Shown here: positions 22,334-34,475 of the stretch, piece by piece | Numbering within the stretch: position 1 is the first letter of the stretch | Layout: every line of letters begins with the position of its first letter | Assembly (NCBI RefSeq): GCF_006345805.1 | Contig: NW_021832559.1 | Coordinates: 1-60,491, forward strand | Direction: 5' to 3' | Source: Octopus sinensis | Taxonomy: Eukaryota | Length of the DNA: 60,491 nucleotides | Notes under the pieces: model-generated | Databases searched by the model: none | What the model saw: the letters and a program-made list of their open reading frames with translations, nothing else | Told to the model about the DNA's origin: nothing | Program-made: the position numbers and the translations under genes

Positions 22334-22585
22334 GATCAGCTAGAAAGAAAGAGGAGTACCTTCTGGGGTACACCTCTTTCTTTCATATTAACATATAATG
22401 GAATGTGTGTGACCATATAAGACAGTCATGGGCAACCTGCAGCACTTTCTGGATGGAACTCCTAAATAAAGAATTTTATTCTATTTTTTACTGATGCAGC
22501 TCGCTTCACGCTGAAGGCAGCTCATTCCTTGTTTTACGATATAACGATGATATACATATGCAAGAACGATAATATGATTCTAGTA

Positions 22586-23192
22586 CAGTAGTTCTCAACC
22601 ATTTTCCGCCCCCTTTGGACCCCTTTTACTCTCATTTTACTTATGTGGACCCCTATAGCCTTACGATGTTTAAGAAAAAAATCCGGATCTTTTCGCTTTG
22701 ACCGGCAGATTTTTTAATAATTTCTTTGTAACTAAACACTTTTAAACTTCGTATACTGGTAGAATGTGTTTATAAAACATCTCTTTCTCTTGGCTTTCTT
22801 GAGAAAATTCTATAGTGTGTAAGCTATTTGTTGTTTAATTTCTTGCCTTTCGGCAATTTCAACCAATCAATGACGTCTATTGAGGTGAATACAATCTCTC
22901 CGGATCTTTGTCAACCACAATTATTTGCGGTGTCATATGAATTTGTCACTGTTATTTACGACATATTTCATATCAGTTATGTTCGTATGAATAAAAGATT
23001 ATTATTAAACTTTTATTAATAAACACATATTCTAAGTTCACAACATATGCAGTTGTATTTTTATAGAATATTCCTAGGAACCGTATAAAAAAATAAAAAT
23101 ATTTTAAATATCAGAATATTGCACATAGATTTAAGCAGCAAAATCTTAAAGGGGCCTCCAAGGGTCATATGAATCCAGGTTGAAAATAATTG
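22586..23192. mobile_element. hAT-type MITE, paralogous insertion to 19838, with a nested GGATC-MITE fragment
   Basis: CAGTAGTTCTCAACC terminus and right TSD TTCTAAAA at 23193-23200. The nested fragment starts GGATCTTTTC at 22685. Confidence 0.8.
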
Positions 23193-23228
23193 TTCTAAAA
23201 TATAAGTTTGCACGAAAATGTAAACAAG

Positions 23229-23301
23229 TGGAGAATCCGGGCATCGATCCCGGTACCTCTCGCATGCTAAGCGAGCGCTCTACCATCTGAGCTAATTCCC
23301 C
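23229..23301 (-). tRNA. tRNA-Ala-AGC: tRNA-Ala(AGC), intact
   Basis: Identical to the consensus copy; last gene of the cluster. Confidence 0.97.
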
Positions 23302-23480
23302 TCACTGTTATCGCTGTATGAGTTAATGTATATCCTATGAATGACAATATGCTTCGTTGTATTTATGTCAATGGCTGTGCGTCAGTGCGACTCACTGTTT
23401 ATCGTCTGCTTAGCGAACGCCTTGTTGCTTACTCTCACTCGTACACTGTTACAAAGAATATTTCGGCTTGGATACGTCTG

Positions 23481-23941
23481 GGATCTTTTCGGTTTAAACC
23501 GGCAGATTTTTAAAATAATTTCCACGTAACTAAACACTTTTAAACTTCGTATACTGGTAGAATGTGTTACATAAAACATCTTTTTCTCTTGGCTTTATTG
23601 AGAAAATTCTATAGTTTGTAAGATATTTGTAGTTTTCTTTTCTTCTATCTCTGCAATTTCAACCAATCAATGACGTCTATTGAGATGAAAACATTCTGTG
23701 CCGTATGAACATGTCTCTCGTTTAAGAAACAGATTGGGTTTATTTACATTTCTGAAGGAAAAAAGATACCCTTCCCCCAACCCCTAACCCTAACCCTAAC
23801 CCAAACTCCTAACCCTAACCCAAACTAACCCTAACCCTAAAACAGACTGAAATGCAATAGATCGATACTAGGGTCATAATTATGGGTGACAATTTCATAT
23901 GACACCGCTAGAAAAAACTGCCGTTCAAACCGAAAAGATCT
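23481..23941. mobile_element. GGATC-terminal MITE (TIR about 30 bp, 8-bp TSD) with a (CCCTAA)n tract
   Basis: TIR GGATCTTTTCGGTTT...GGCAG. TSD TA(C/T)GTCTG at 23473-23480 and 23942-23949. CCCTAA repeats at 23782-23840. Confidence 0.85.
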
Positions 23942-24116
23942 TATGTCTGTAGTATGTAAGACAAAGACTAAATCACACAGTGGAGTAAACAAATCCTTAG
24001 CGAGTTGTGAAAAACAAACAGAAATAATTGCTAGGGTGGTTCACAGTAGATTTTCTCAAACAAAGTTGAACAAGAGCTCAATATCAATGAATTTGTCTAT
24101 GTACGTATTTAAACGA

Positions 24117-24384
24117 GGTACTACTAGAGAACAGTGGTCCCGGTGCGCGCACACGCGCACTCGGGCATCCGCGCCAGCTAGTCGTAAGTAGTCGATCCTA
24201 CAACGAGTTTTTAACCCTAACCCTAAACCTAACTCTAACCCTAACCCTAACCTTAGTTTGTTTATAAAAATAACTTATTTACTTAGTTTTAAAAATTATT
24301 TAGGATCGACTACTTACGACTAGCTAACGCGGATGCGCAGATGCGTGTGTGCGCGCACCGGGACCACTGTTCGCTAGTTGTACC
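24117..24384. mobile_element. GGTAC-terminal MITE (same family as 7468) with a (CCCTAA)n tract
   Basis: TSD TTTAAACG(A/G) at 24108-24116 and 24385-24393. CCCTAA repeats at 24212-24253. Confidence 0.85.
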
Positions 24385-24389
24385 TTTAA

Positions 24390-24633
24390 ACGGAACATCC
24401 TGCTCGTGTAATTTACGTGCAAGTGGTTGAGCACTCGCCGGACACGCGTGCTTTTAACGTAGTTCTCAAGGAAATTCAATGTGGTGGCCAAGGCTGGTAC
24501 TACTCATTTTTGCCATCGGTGTGGGCTAGAACAGCATGAAATAAAGTGCCTTGCTCAAGAACATACGGGTATCGAACTCGCGACCTTAAGATCGTGAGTC
24601 GAAGATCACTAACCACTCAGCCACGCACCTTCA
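24390..24633 (-). mobile_element. SINE family D, degenerate
   Basis: Head GAAGGTGCGTGGCTGAGTGGTTAG, middle GAGCAAGGCACTTTATTTCATG, partial tail 1. Confidence 0.75.
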
Positions 24634-24877
24634 TATATATGTGTGTGTGTGTGTTAAGTGTTGCCTACAGGTGAGACTAGAATTTGCTTCAGGTGAAAGA
24701 CAAGCAAATTGAATCTTAGCTTCATCCGTAATGAACCTAATTAAACTCTAATGAATCTTTTAGCGGTCGAATGAGCCATTAATTAAATCGGTTGAATGGT
24801 TGAATGGTCGGGTGGACGGGTGGACGGCCGGATGAACGAATGGACGTATTTGAGCAAGGGTAGAAGAATGCTAGTAT

Positions 24878-25495
24878 ACGTATGTATGTATGTATGTATG
24901 TATGTATGTATGTATGTATGTATGTATGCATGCATGCATGCATGTATGTATGTATGTATGTATGTATGTATGTATGTATGTATGTATGTATGTATGTATG
25001 TATGCATGCATGTATGTATGTATGTATGTATGTATGTATGTATGTATGCATGCATGCATGCATGCATGTATGTATGTATGTATGTATGTATGTATGTATG
25101 CATGCATGTATGTATGTATGTATGTATGTATGTATGTATGTATGTATGTATGTATGCATGCATGCATGCGTGCATGTATGTATGTATGTATGTATGTATG
25201 TATGTATGTATATATGTATGCATGCATGCATGCATGCATGCATGTATGTATGTATGTATGTATGTATGTATGTATGTATGCATGCATGCATGCATGTATG
25301 TATGTATGTATGTATGTATGTATGCATTTATATATGTATGTATGCAAGCATGCATGGATGTATGTATGTATGCATGTATTTATGCATGTATGTATGTATG
25401 CATGCATACATGTATGTATGTATACATATCTGTTTGTATGTATGTATGTATGTATGTATGTTTGTATGTATGTATGTATGCGTGTATGTATGTAT
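24878..25495. repeat. (TATG)n/(CATG)n compound microsatellite
   Basis: Direct reading; this tract produces the long MYVC/HTYI ORFs. Confidence 0.98.
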
Positions 25496-25692
25496 CGATG
25501 GCTCGATGGTTAGGTTGACCTGTGGATATTTCGATGAATGGATGGATGTTTGTGTGGATAAAGTTTCAGGGAGATAAATAGATTTGATGAATGACTTCTG
25601 AACAGGGGCTGGAGTGAAGTCTTATTTAGTGGCTCTCAGGGTTTCTAAGACCTTTCTAAGACCCTCGCATCCTCACAAATCTCTCTACCCGC

Positions 25693-25733
<41 letters not shown>

Positions 25734-26018
25734 CTCTTTTCTCTCTCATTCTCTCTGTTTCTCTCTCTGTCTCTCCTTTTCCCCTTTCTCTCTCTCTCTC
25801 CTTGTTTTCCTTCTCACGTTACGAAAAACAAACTAAACAATACAGACAAGCAAATAAAATCTTAACAACCCGAGCCTCACCCACCCTTCTACTCCTCCTC
25901 CTAGCCAACCAACCAACCAACCAAATAGCCAGCCAGCCAGCCAGCCAATCCATTCAGACAACCGTCCCTTTTCAAAGCCATGCAAAATCTTTAGCATATA
26001 CAACAATATACCTATTTC

Positions 26019-26232
26019 TTTACTACCTACAAGGGGCTAAACACAGAGAGAACAAACAAGAACAGACAAACAGATTAAGTCGATTACAAGGACCCCAGCG
26101 CGTAACTGGTACTTGATTTATCGACCCCGAAAGGATGAAAGGCAAAGTCGACCTCGGCGGAATTTGAACTCAGATCGTAACGGCAGACGAAATACCGATA
26201 AGCATTTCGCCCGGCGTGCTAACATTTCTGAC
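26019..26232 (-). mobile_element. SINE family A
   Basis: Full family match. Confidence 0.9.
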
Positions 26233-26899
26233 ACCTCACCTACAAAATACCTGGTGGTGTTTGTTAAGGCTCTCCTGCACTCTGAGTTCAAATTCCGCCG
26301 AGGCCAACTTTCTTTTTCCTTCTCTCGAAGGTCAACAAAGTAAAAAAAAGTACCAACCGAAGTATTTTGGGCTGGCAGAATTTTTAGGACGTTGGCTCAG
26401 GTGCCTTGTGGTATCTGATCCCGCTCTTTGTGTTCTGAGCTCTTGGATGGTAAGATCAAACTGACTCCGGTTTACACAACTCCAATGGCCTTTGAGTACC
26501 TTTAGCGGGAGTTCCCTTATGTGAGGTATTTTGGGTAGATTTCCAGTTTGGGTATAACGTGTCTCATAACGAGAACCCTAAAAGAAAAATGGTTTTGGTA
26601 AATAAAGAAACCATTCCTCCACTCTTCTCTTTGTCCATTTAGCAATTTACCCACAAGCTAGTCCATACATGCGCCCACCCATAAAACTATTCATACATCA
26701 ATCCATCCATCCCTCCGTCCATCCCCCCTCTCCCCTCTATATGTTTATCCGTCTGTCCCTCCACCCATCACGGCACACATAAATACGTACGTACACCCAT
26801 ACATCCATACGTACATACATACGTCTGTTCGTTTGTCTCTCTGCCCATCCGTCCATCCATACACAAATCCGTCCATACATCCATACACCTATACATCCA

Positions 26900-27015
26900 C
26901 ACTCTCCATACATACATACATGCATACATACATACATACATACATACATACATACAAGTGTACGTATATTTATACATCCATACATACAAACATGCATGCA
27001 TACATACCTCTATCC

Positions 27016-27095
<80 letters not shown>

Positions 27096-27315
27096 CTCTA
27101 TCTATTTACCTATCTATCGATCTATATATTTTTATCTATCTATCTATTTTGTTATCTATTTTTATCTACCTATATCTATCCATCTATCTATATATCTTTT
27201 TAACTATCTATCTATCTATGTATCCGTACAGACATACACACCCTAACATATGTACGTACATACTCACATACATACATACATACATACATACATACATACA
27301 TACACATACATACAT
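26900..27315. repeat. (TACA)n/(TCTA)n microsatellites
   Basis: Direct reading. Confidence 0.95.
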
Positions 27316-27472
27316 ACGAGTGGCTGTGTGGTAAGTAGCCTGCTTACCAACCACATGGTTCCGGGATCAGTCCCACTGCGTTGCACCTTGGGCAAGTGTC
27401 TTCTACTATAGCCTCAGGCCGACCAAAGCCTTGTGAGTGGATTTGGTAGGCGGAAACTGAAAGAAGCCCGTC

Positions 27473-27541
<69 letters not shown>

Positions 27542-27695
27542 TATGTCTGTGTTTGTCCCCCCTTAGCGGTTCGGCAATAGAGACCGATAGAATAAGTACT
27601 AGGCTTACAAAGAATAAGACCTGGGGTCGATTCGCTTGACTAAAGGCGCTGCTCCAGCATGGCCGCAGTCAATTGACTGAAACAAATAAAAGAAA
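27315..27695 (+). mobile_element. SINE family B
   Basis: Family head and tail are present. Confidence 0.88.
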
Positions 27696-28878
27696 AGAAT
27701 AGTATATACATACATACATACACACATACATACATACATACATACATACATACATACATGCATACATACACACATGCATACATACATACACACATGCATA
27801 CATACATACACACATACATACATACATACATACATACATACATACATACATACATACATACATACATACATACATACATACATACAATCTTACATATGCC
27901 CATGCATATTATACACATATACATACCTACATGCGTTCATTTATACATCCATACATGCGTCCATATGACCATTCATTCATTTATCCATATATATACCCGT
28001 TCATACACGCACGCATCGATTCATCCATCCATCCATCCATCCATCCATCCATACGTACATGCAAGCATATATCCATACACACGTCTGTCTATTCGCTCAT
28101 CCACCCGTCTTGTCCAGCCACCCAGTCAACCGATAAATGCTCATTCGGCCGCTAAAAGATTCATTAGAGTTTAATTGGGTTCATTACGGATGTAGTCGAG
28201 ATTCAATTTTGTTTGTATCTCACCTGAGGTAAACAATGGTCTCTCACCTGTAGTCGTTGCTTTCGGATCAGACGAGCAAACCCTGCGGCCATTCATCCAC
28301 TCAAGCCTCTTCTCTCCACCCGATCCGAAAGCTACCCCGAAAAGAAGAGAAAATAAAAACTGTGGAACTGTCCGAAATGATATAGATAGATAGATGTCCA
28401 GTGGGCAAGGTGACAGACGGTCTTATAAATCACTCCGGTCACTAATTAGTCTGTCAAACTTTAGCCAGGCCAACCACAGACCCAATCACTCATCCAAGCA
28501 CACTCGCTCTTTCTTTCTTTCCTTCCTTCTATCTCTCTTTCTTTCTACCTTTCTACCCTTCTTTCTATCTGTCTTTCTCACTTTCTTTCTTTCTTTCTTT
28601 CTTTCTTTCCTTCTTTCTTTCTCTCTCTTTGACTCACTCTCTCTATCCCTCTCTCTCTCTCTCTCTGTATCTATGGCCTCTTCTCATATTGTATTTCCTT
28701 CTCCTATTTCTTGGTCTATCTATTCTCCCTCTTGCGCTTTCTCACTCTCTTTCTCTCTCCCTCTTGTACTTTCTCTCTCTCTCTTATGCTCTCTCTCTCT
28801 CCCTCTCATGTTCTATTTATTTTACTCTGTCTTTTTCTGTTTTACTCGTTTTGCTTCTGTCTTTTTCATACGTTATCC

Positions 28879-28909
<31 letters not shown>

Positions 28910-28922
28910 TATCATTATCATT

Positions 28923-28957
<35 letters not shown>

Positions 28958-29012
28958 TATCATTATCATCATCATCATCATCTTCGTCGTCGTCGTCATT
29001 ATTATTATTATT

Positions 29013-29445
29013 GAATGAGAGAGCAGTGCATGCCATCTAAGTGAGACTGGGATACAAATATACGAAACCCAGTATACCCATCATGGCTACTCGTATGCAT
29101 CACAACCGTATGTGTGCAACATGGTGATCTTATATCAAGATAAACAGCGCATGAGCTTGCAGTTGGGGTTCGGTTAGAATTTTCCTCAGATCGATTAGCC
29201 CATCCCGCTCAAGCAGTCCCTGAATAAAGGTTGTTTTAGGATGCTGAACGAAGCACCCATGTTTCCAGAAGTGAATTATTCAAGCTCCAAAGACGGCTAT
29301 GATGGGCCCCCCCCACTACTACTGCTCGTGATCAGAGATGCATATATGGTCAGACACTAAGGGACATGCTCAACTGGTTAAAGTCAAACAACTAACAAGC
29401 AAATCTATGGTATTGAGCAGAATATTTGTTGTAGCCCATCTTCCA
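29013..29445 (-). mobile_element. Retroelement 3'-end repeat (family X) with an (AAT)n tail
   Basis: Homologous to 5290-5862. On the minus strand it ends GCACTGCTCTCTCATTC-AATAATAAT and is embedded between ATT/ATC microsatellites. Confidence 0.65.
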
Positions 29446-29486
29446 ATCAATAACACTTCCAATCAATCATTATAATCATTATCATG

Positions 29487-29559
<73 letters not shown>

Positions 29560-29560
<1 letters not shown>

Positions 29561-30940
29561 CATCCTCATCCTCATCGTCATCATTTATGGTTTCCTTTCA
29601 TTATAACTTTATTTCAGCTACCTTAGTAGCGGGTATCCTCTCGAGGCCGAGAGTAGCAAGGGCACTTTTGTTTTGCTATGCATGCTAAAATTATCACCAA
29701 CTTATTCCATTTTCGATGGAGAGTGCCTTCCGTAGTATATGAACTGTACCCATCAAGGTCATCTTTTGTAGTACACAGAGACTAAAGTTACCATAGAGTT
29801 GCTTAATATACTCCTCAGCTCCCTTCTTTATCATTCCTAACGCACCAATTACTACTGGTATTATCGTAGTACTAAGCTTCCATATTATTGTGATTTCAAT
29901 TTGCAGATTTTCTTGAGACATTTTGATCTTGTGGGACAGACATGTCTATTAACAGCCAAGTTCCTCTGTTGTAGTCCTTGATCACAATGTCTGGTCAATT
30001 GGAGTTAATTTTTCTGTCTGTTTGTATTGGGAAGTTCCAAAGGATGGTGACGGCCTCGCCATTTACTACATCCTCTGGATGATGTCTGTACCACTCATCA
30101 TGGGATTTCATTTTGTAGTATTTACAAGCATTCCAGTGGACGTACTGCCCTTGTCTGTCATGTCTTATGAGGTACTCCTTTTCAGCGAGGACTGGGCAGC
30201 CAGAAACAACATGATCAATTGCCTCTATGAATTTTCCGCAAATTCTGCACGATGAGTCAGATCCATCTTTAAGGACGTTTGCATGGTAGTTTTCTGGTAG
30301 GTAAGCTCTGATCTAGCGCTGCAATAACAAAACCTTCTGCTTCCCCTTTTAGAATTGTCCCTTGTAGCCATTGGTGTGTTAGATTTTGACCAGTTTCTGG
30401 CTTCGACAGGCGGTTAGAGTATTTCCCATGCAGGAGCTTACCTTTCCAGTTGTCTTCGATATTATTCAAGCAAGCCTTCTTTGCTTTTTGTTTGATGTTT
30501 TTTGCATCAGTGATAGGTTTGTCGCTATTTGGATCTCTTTGGTTTTTTTAATTGTTAATTTCTAAATCAGGAAAAGCAATGGTAGGTCTGTCAGTATTTG
30601 GGTGTCTTTAGTCATTCTTATTGTTAATTTGTAGGCCAAGAGACTTTATAAATTTCTTACTAAACTTCATGACTGAAGCTTGCTTGGAATCTTCATACTT
30701 CAGTGCAGTTCGTAAGAGCACATCTCTTGTTGTATTAAGGTACTCTATTTATTCTTTACTCTTTTACTGGTTTCAGTCATTTGACTGTGGCCATGCTGGA
30801 GCAAATCGCCCCCAGGACTTATTCTTTGTAAGCCTAGTACTTATTCTATCGGTCTGTTTTGCCGAACCGCTAAGTTACGGGGACGTAAACACACCAGCAT
30901 CGGTTGTCAAGCGATGTTGGGGAGACAAACACAGACACAT

Positions 30941-31020
<80 letters not shown>

Positions 31021-32230
31021 CATATATACGACGGCTTCTTTTAGTTTCCCTCTACCAAGTCCACTCACAAGGCTTTGGTCGGCCCGAGGCTATAGTAGAA
31101 GACACTTGCCCAAGGTGCCACGCAGTGGGACTGAACCTGGAACCATGCGGTTGGTGAGCAAGCTACTTACCACACAGCCACTCCTACGCCTAGTTTCAAG
31201 GCCTACTATTTCTGATATGAAAGATTATTCGAGCTGTATCAGGCCTCTTCCACCTATTTTTCTTGGGAAATAAATCCTGTCTACATCTGATTTTGGATGA
31301 TACAGTTGGTATCTTATAAGGACTTTACGGATCTTTCCATCCATATTCTGCATATCAGTGAGACTTCACTTAATGATACTGAAGCTATATGTTGTTACTG
31401 GTATGACCAAAGAATTAATTGCATTAATTCTGTTAGCAGCATTTAATTCTGAGTTTAGGACCATTCTTACCCTTCGGTAGCGTTTCTTGGAGATTTTCTC
31501 TTTCATTTTAGAATGCTGGATACCTTCACCTTCAATGGTTCCCAGATATTTGTATACTTCGGATTGGTCTGGGTTTCGAATAGCTGTGGTAGTATCAAGA
31601 TCTATTTTCTCTGCTTTTATGAACTTCCCTGCCTTTGCACATTTATCAAGTCTGAATTCCATACCTATATCAGAGCTGAATTCTTTGACAATATTCAGGA
31701 GCTCTTCTAATTCTTTGTCGTTTTTGCCAAACAGTTTTAGATCATCCATATAGAGTAGATGATTAATTTTCTGGTCAAAAATCTTATACCTTCTCTTAAC
31801 ATTATTCAGTTGCGTGGATAAGGGGAACAGAGGGAGACCGAATAGTAATGGTGATAATGAGCCACCTTGAAAGATACCACAGACGATATTGATGTCTGGT
31901 GAGGTGGTATATCCTTGTCTATGGTTTAAAATGAGGGTGGTTCTTCACGAATTCATGATTACTTTTAAAAAGTTCTCAATTGTTGGAGCTATCTTGTAAA
32001 TTTCCAGGGCCTTGATGATCCATGCATGGTGGACACTGTCAAAAGTTTTCTTGTAATCTATCCAAAGGGTGCTAAGGTTTCGGCGTTTGGATTTGCAGTT
32101 TTCAATGACCGTTTTAGCAATCAGTAATTAGTCCTTACATCCATATGAATCCCTTTCACATCTCTTTTGTTCCACAGGGAATAACTTCCTATTGTCCAAG
32201 AATTCGTATGTGCTCTATTCGCTATTATAG
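29560..32230 (-). mobile_element. R4/Dong-clade non-LTR retrotransposon relic (RT, CCHC knuckle, restriction-like endonuclease)
   Basis: Minus-strand motifs IDYKKTFDSV, GIFQGGSLSPLLF, HLLYMDDLKLFGKN (YMDD at 31741-31752), CRICGKFIEAIDHVVSGC (30196-30249), PDIVIKD...LIDMSVP and PVVIGALG. Stops and frameshifts are present; the 3' end abuts (TAA)n. Confidence 0.92.
30750..31192 (-). mobile_element. SINE family B nested in the Dong relic
   Basis: Full family match interrupting the LINE reading frame. Confidence 0.9.
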
Positions 32231-32243
32231 ATGCTAACCATGG

Positions 32244-32800
32244 CACGCCGTCGGTTACGATGACGAGGGTTCCAGTTGATCCAATCAACTGAACAACCTA
32301 CTCGTGAAGTTAACATTCAAGTGGTTGAGTATTCCACAGACACGGATACTAATTTCTTTACTACACATAAAAGGCTAAACACAGAGGGGACGAACAAGGA
32401 CAGACAAACAGATTAAGTTGCTTATATCGACCCCAGTGCGTAAATGGTACTTATTTAATCGACCCCGAAAGGATGAAAGGCAAAGTCGACCTCGTAGCGG
32501 CAGACGAAATACCGCTAAGCATTTCGCCCATCGTGCTAACGATTCTGCCAGACACGGATACTCTTAACGTAGTTCTTGGGGAGATTCAGCGTGATACAGA
32601 CTGTGACAAGGCTGGCCCTTTGAAATACAGGTAAATCAGAAACAGGAAATAAGAGTGAGAGAAAGTTGTGGTGAAATAGTACAGCAGGGTTCGCCCCTCC
32701 CCCCGCTGCCGGAGCCTCGTGGAGCTTTAAGTGTTTTAGCTCAATAAACACTCACAACGCCCGGTCTGGCCCTAACCACTGGGCCACTGCGCCTCCACAT
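32244..32800 (-). mobile_element. SINE family C (tail 1) with a nested SINE-A (32357-32548)
   Basis: Direct repeat CAGACACGGATACT at 32337-32350 and 32549-32562 brackets the SINE-A. Confidence 0.85.
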
Positions 32801-33427
32801 GGATGTTAATACTATAGCTTATATATGGTGGTGAGGCATGTTATGGGTGTTGTTGCTATTGTTGTTGTTGTTGTTGTCATCATCATTGTATTACATATAT
32901 ACAAGTATTAACGTGTTCCTGATTTTATGTGTATGCGTGTCTACACCACACACACACACACAATGCTACATAATTATTGCATTCTTCCATGGAATTTTCT
33001 TTTATACTCAGTTGTTTGTTCGTGGGATATTGCAGCAAATCCAACCAAAGCAAAAATATCCTCATGTATATGAGATCCGACGGCTTTTCTTCGTTTTTGC
33101 TCCCCCCCCCCCCAACCGTTAGCAAGATCTACTAAGTCTCACGCTTCGCTTACTTAATTATTTGTCTTATGATCTTCACGCCTGCTCTCGTGCACCTATC
33201 CACTCATGTGCACCGAAGCTTTAAACGTAATGCAACATAACAACCACCTCCTTGTTAGGATTCAAGGTTAGCGAGATCCCTGAGTGATGCCTAGAACCAG
33301 TAGTTTGCCTACAAAAAGGGCCAACAGATAAAAAGAAAAAAGAGAGAGCGGACAAACTAGCCTCTGGATCTATTTTACATGAAACTCTCTGCTTATACTT
33401 CATCGCTGGTTGTCATTTATAGTAGTA

Positions 33428-33806
33428 CTAGCACTATGAGCCGGCAACGCCAGGTCATAGTGCTAGTGCATGCATATACAGCTGCGTGCGTGCGCACATG
33501 CTCGCGAGTACTGTCCAAATCTCCGACCAATCACATTCAGTTAGCTGGCATTCAATTGGCGTATCAAGTTTCGGGCATTTTGATTGGGTTTTAGATAGAA
33601 AATTCACAAAAAGTCACTTCTATTGATTTTTTAAATGGCATTGCGGGGTGACTGGGGAAATGTAAAGATGTGCACGATCACCCTTGGACGGTTTTGAATG
33701 CCCATAGAAAGTGCGAGCCCTCTAACTGAAAAATTGCGGATTTGTATAAAGGACACGCACACACACACACACACACAGACAATTTTGCCGTTTATATATA
33801 GAGAGA
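33428..33806 (-). mobile_element. Non-autonomous Helitron
   Basis: On the minus strand it starts A|TCTCTCTATATATAAACGGC, has an internal (TG)n, and ends in a hairpin plus CTAG|T. The AT target has no TSD. Confidence 0.8.
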
Positions 33807-34475
33807 TTTCATTCTTTTTAGAAACAGCCAGCATGACATAACATGACTTATTAATTAAACATGTTATGAAGCAAGGTATTTCATTCAAGATGGAAATAAT
33901 TACAGCATTTAGGAAATTCACGGGATGTGTTGCTTTTCTTACATAAAGATATTAAATGCTAATACATTCTATGTGATAATGCTTTAACAACAGTTAGGGT
34001 TCTGGTTTCAAATGCCGCTTCTGCCTACTTTGGTGGTAGATTTAACCTGTTACCCACTTTAACGCCACCCCATCTGATCCTTGAGGACTTTTAGTGCGGC
34101 CCATTCTGTCCCAACATTCGGACCAAAATACCTCCTTCTTCCATCTCCCCATCTCTCTTCCATATGCTCCTCCCCCTCCCACCTTCATCTCTCCCTCTCT
34201 CCCCATCCCTCGCTCCCTCCTCCCTCTTCATTCTCCACTTCATCTTCCACTTCGTTCTCCTCCTCTTCCTTCTCCTCTTTCGCCTCTTCTTCCTTTTCCT
34301 CTTCTTCTTTCCCCTTCTCTTCTCTTCCTTTCCTCCTCCTCCCCTTCCTTCTCCGAATTGGGCTCGGTAAAATAAGTACCAGTTGAATACTGGGGTCGAT
34401 GTACTCTACTATCACCCTCCCCCAAATTTAGGCCTTGTGCTTCCAATAGAAAGGATTATTATTATTATCATTATT

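Noticed and set aside
23782-23840. (CCCTAA)n as a chromosome end or fusion site
   Set aside because: The tract is short, imperfect and internal to a TIR/TSD-bounded MITE.
24779-25577. Long ORFs of 180-240 aa (MYVCMYVC / HTYIHTYI)
   Set aside because: These are translations of a (TATG)n microsatellite, open in several frames on both strands.
32960-33400. Possible DIRS/tyrosine recombinase fragment (HVYEIRRL)
   Set aside because: The similarity to an H-x-x-R motif is too short to support a call.
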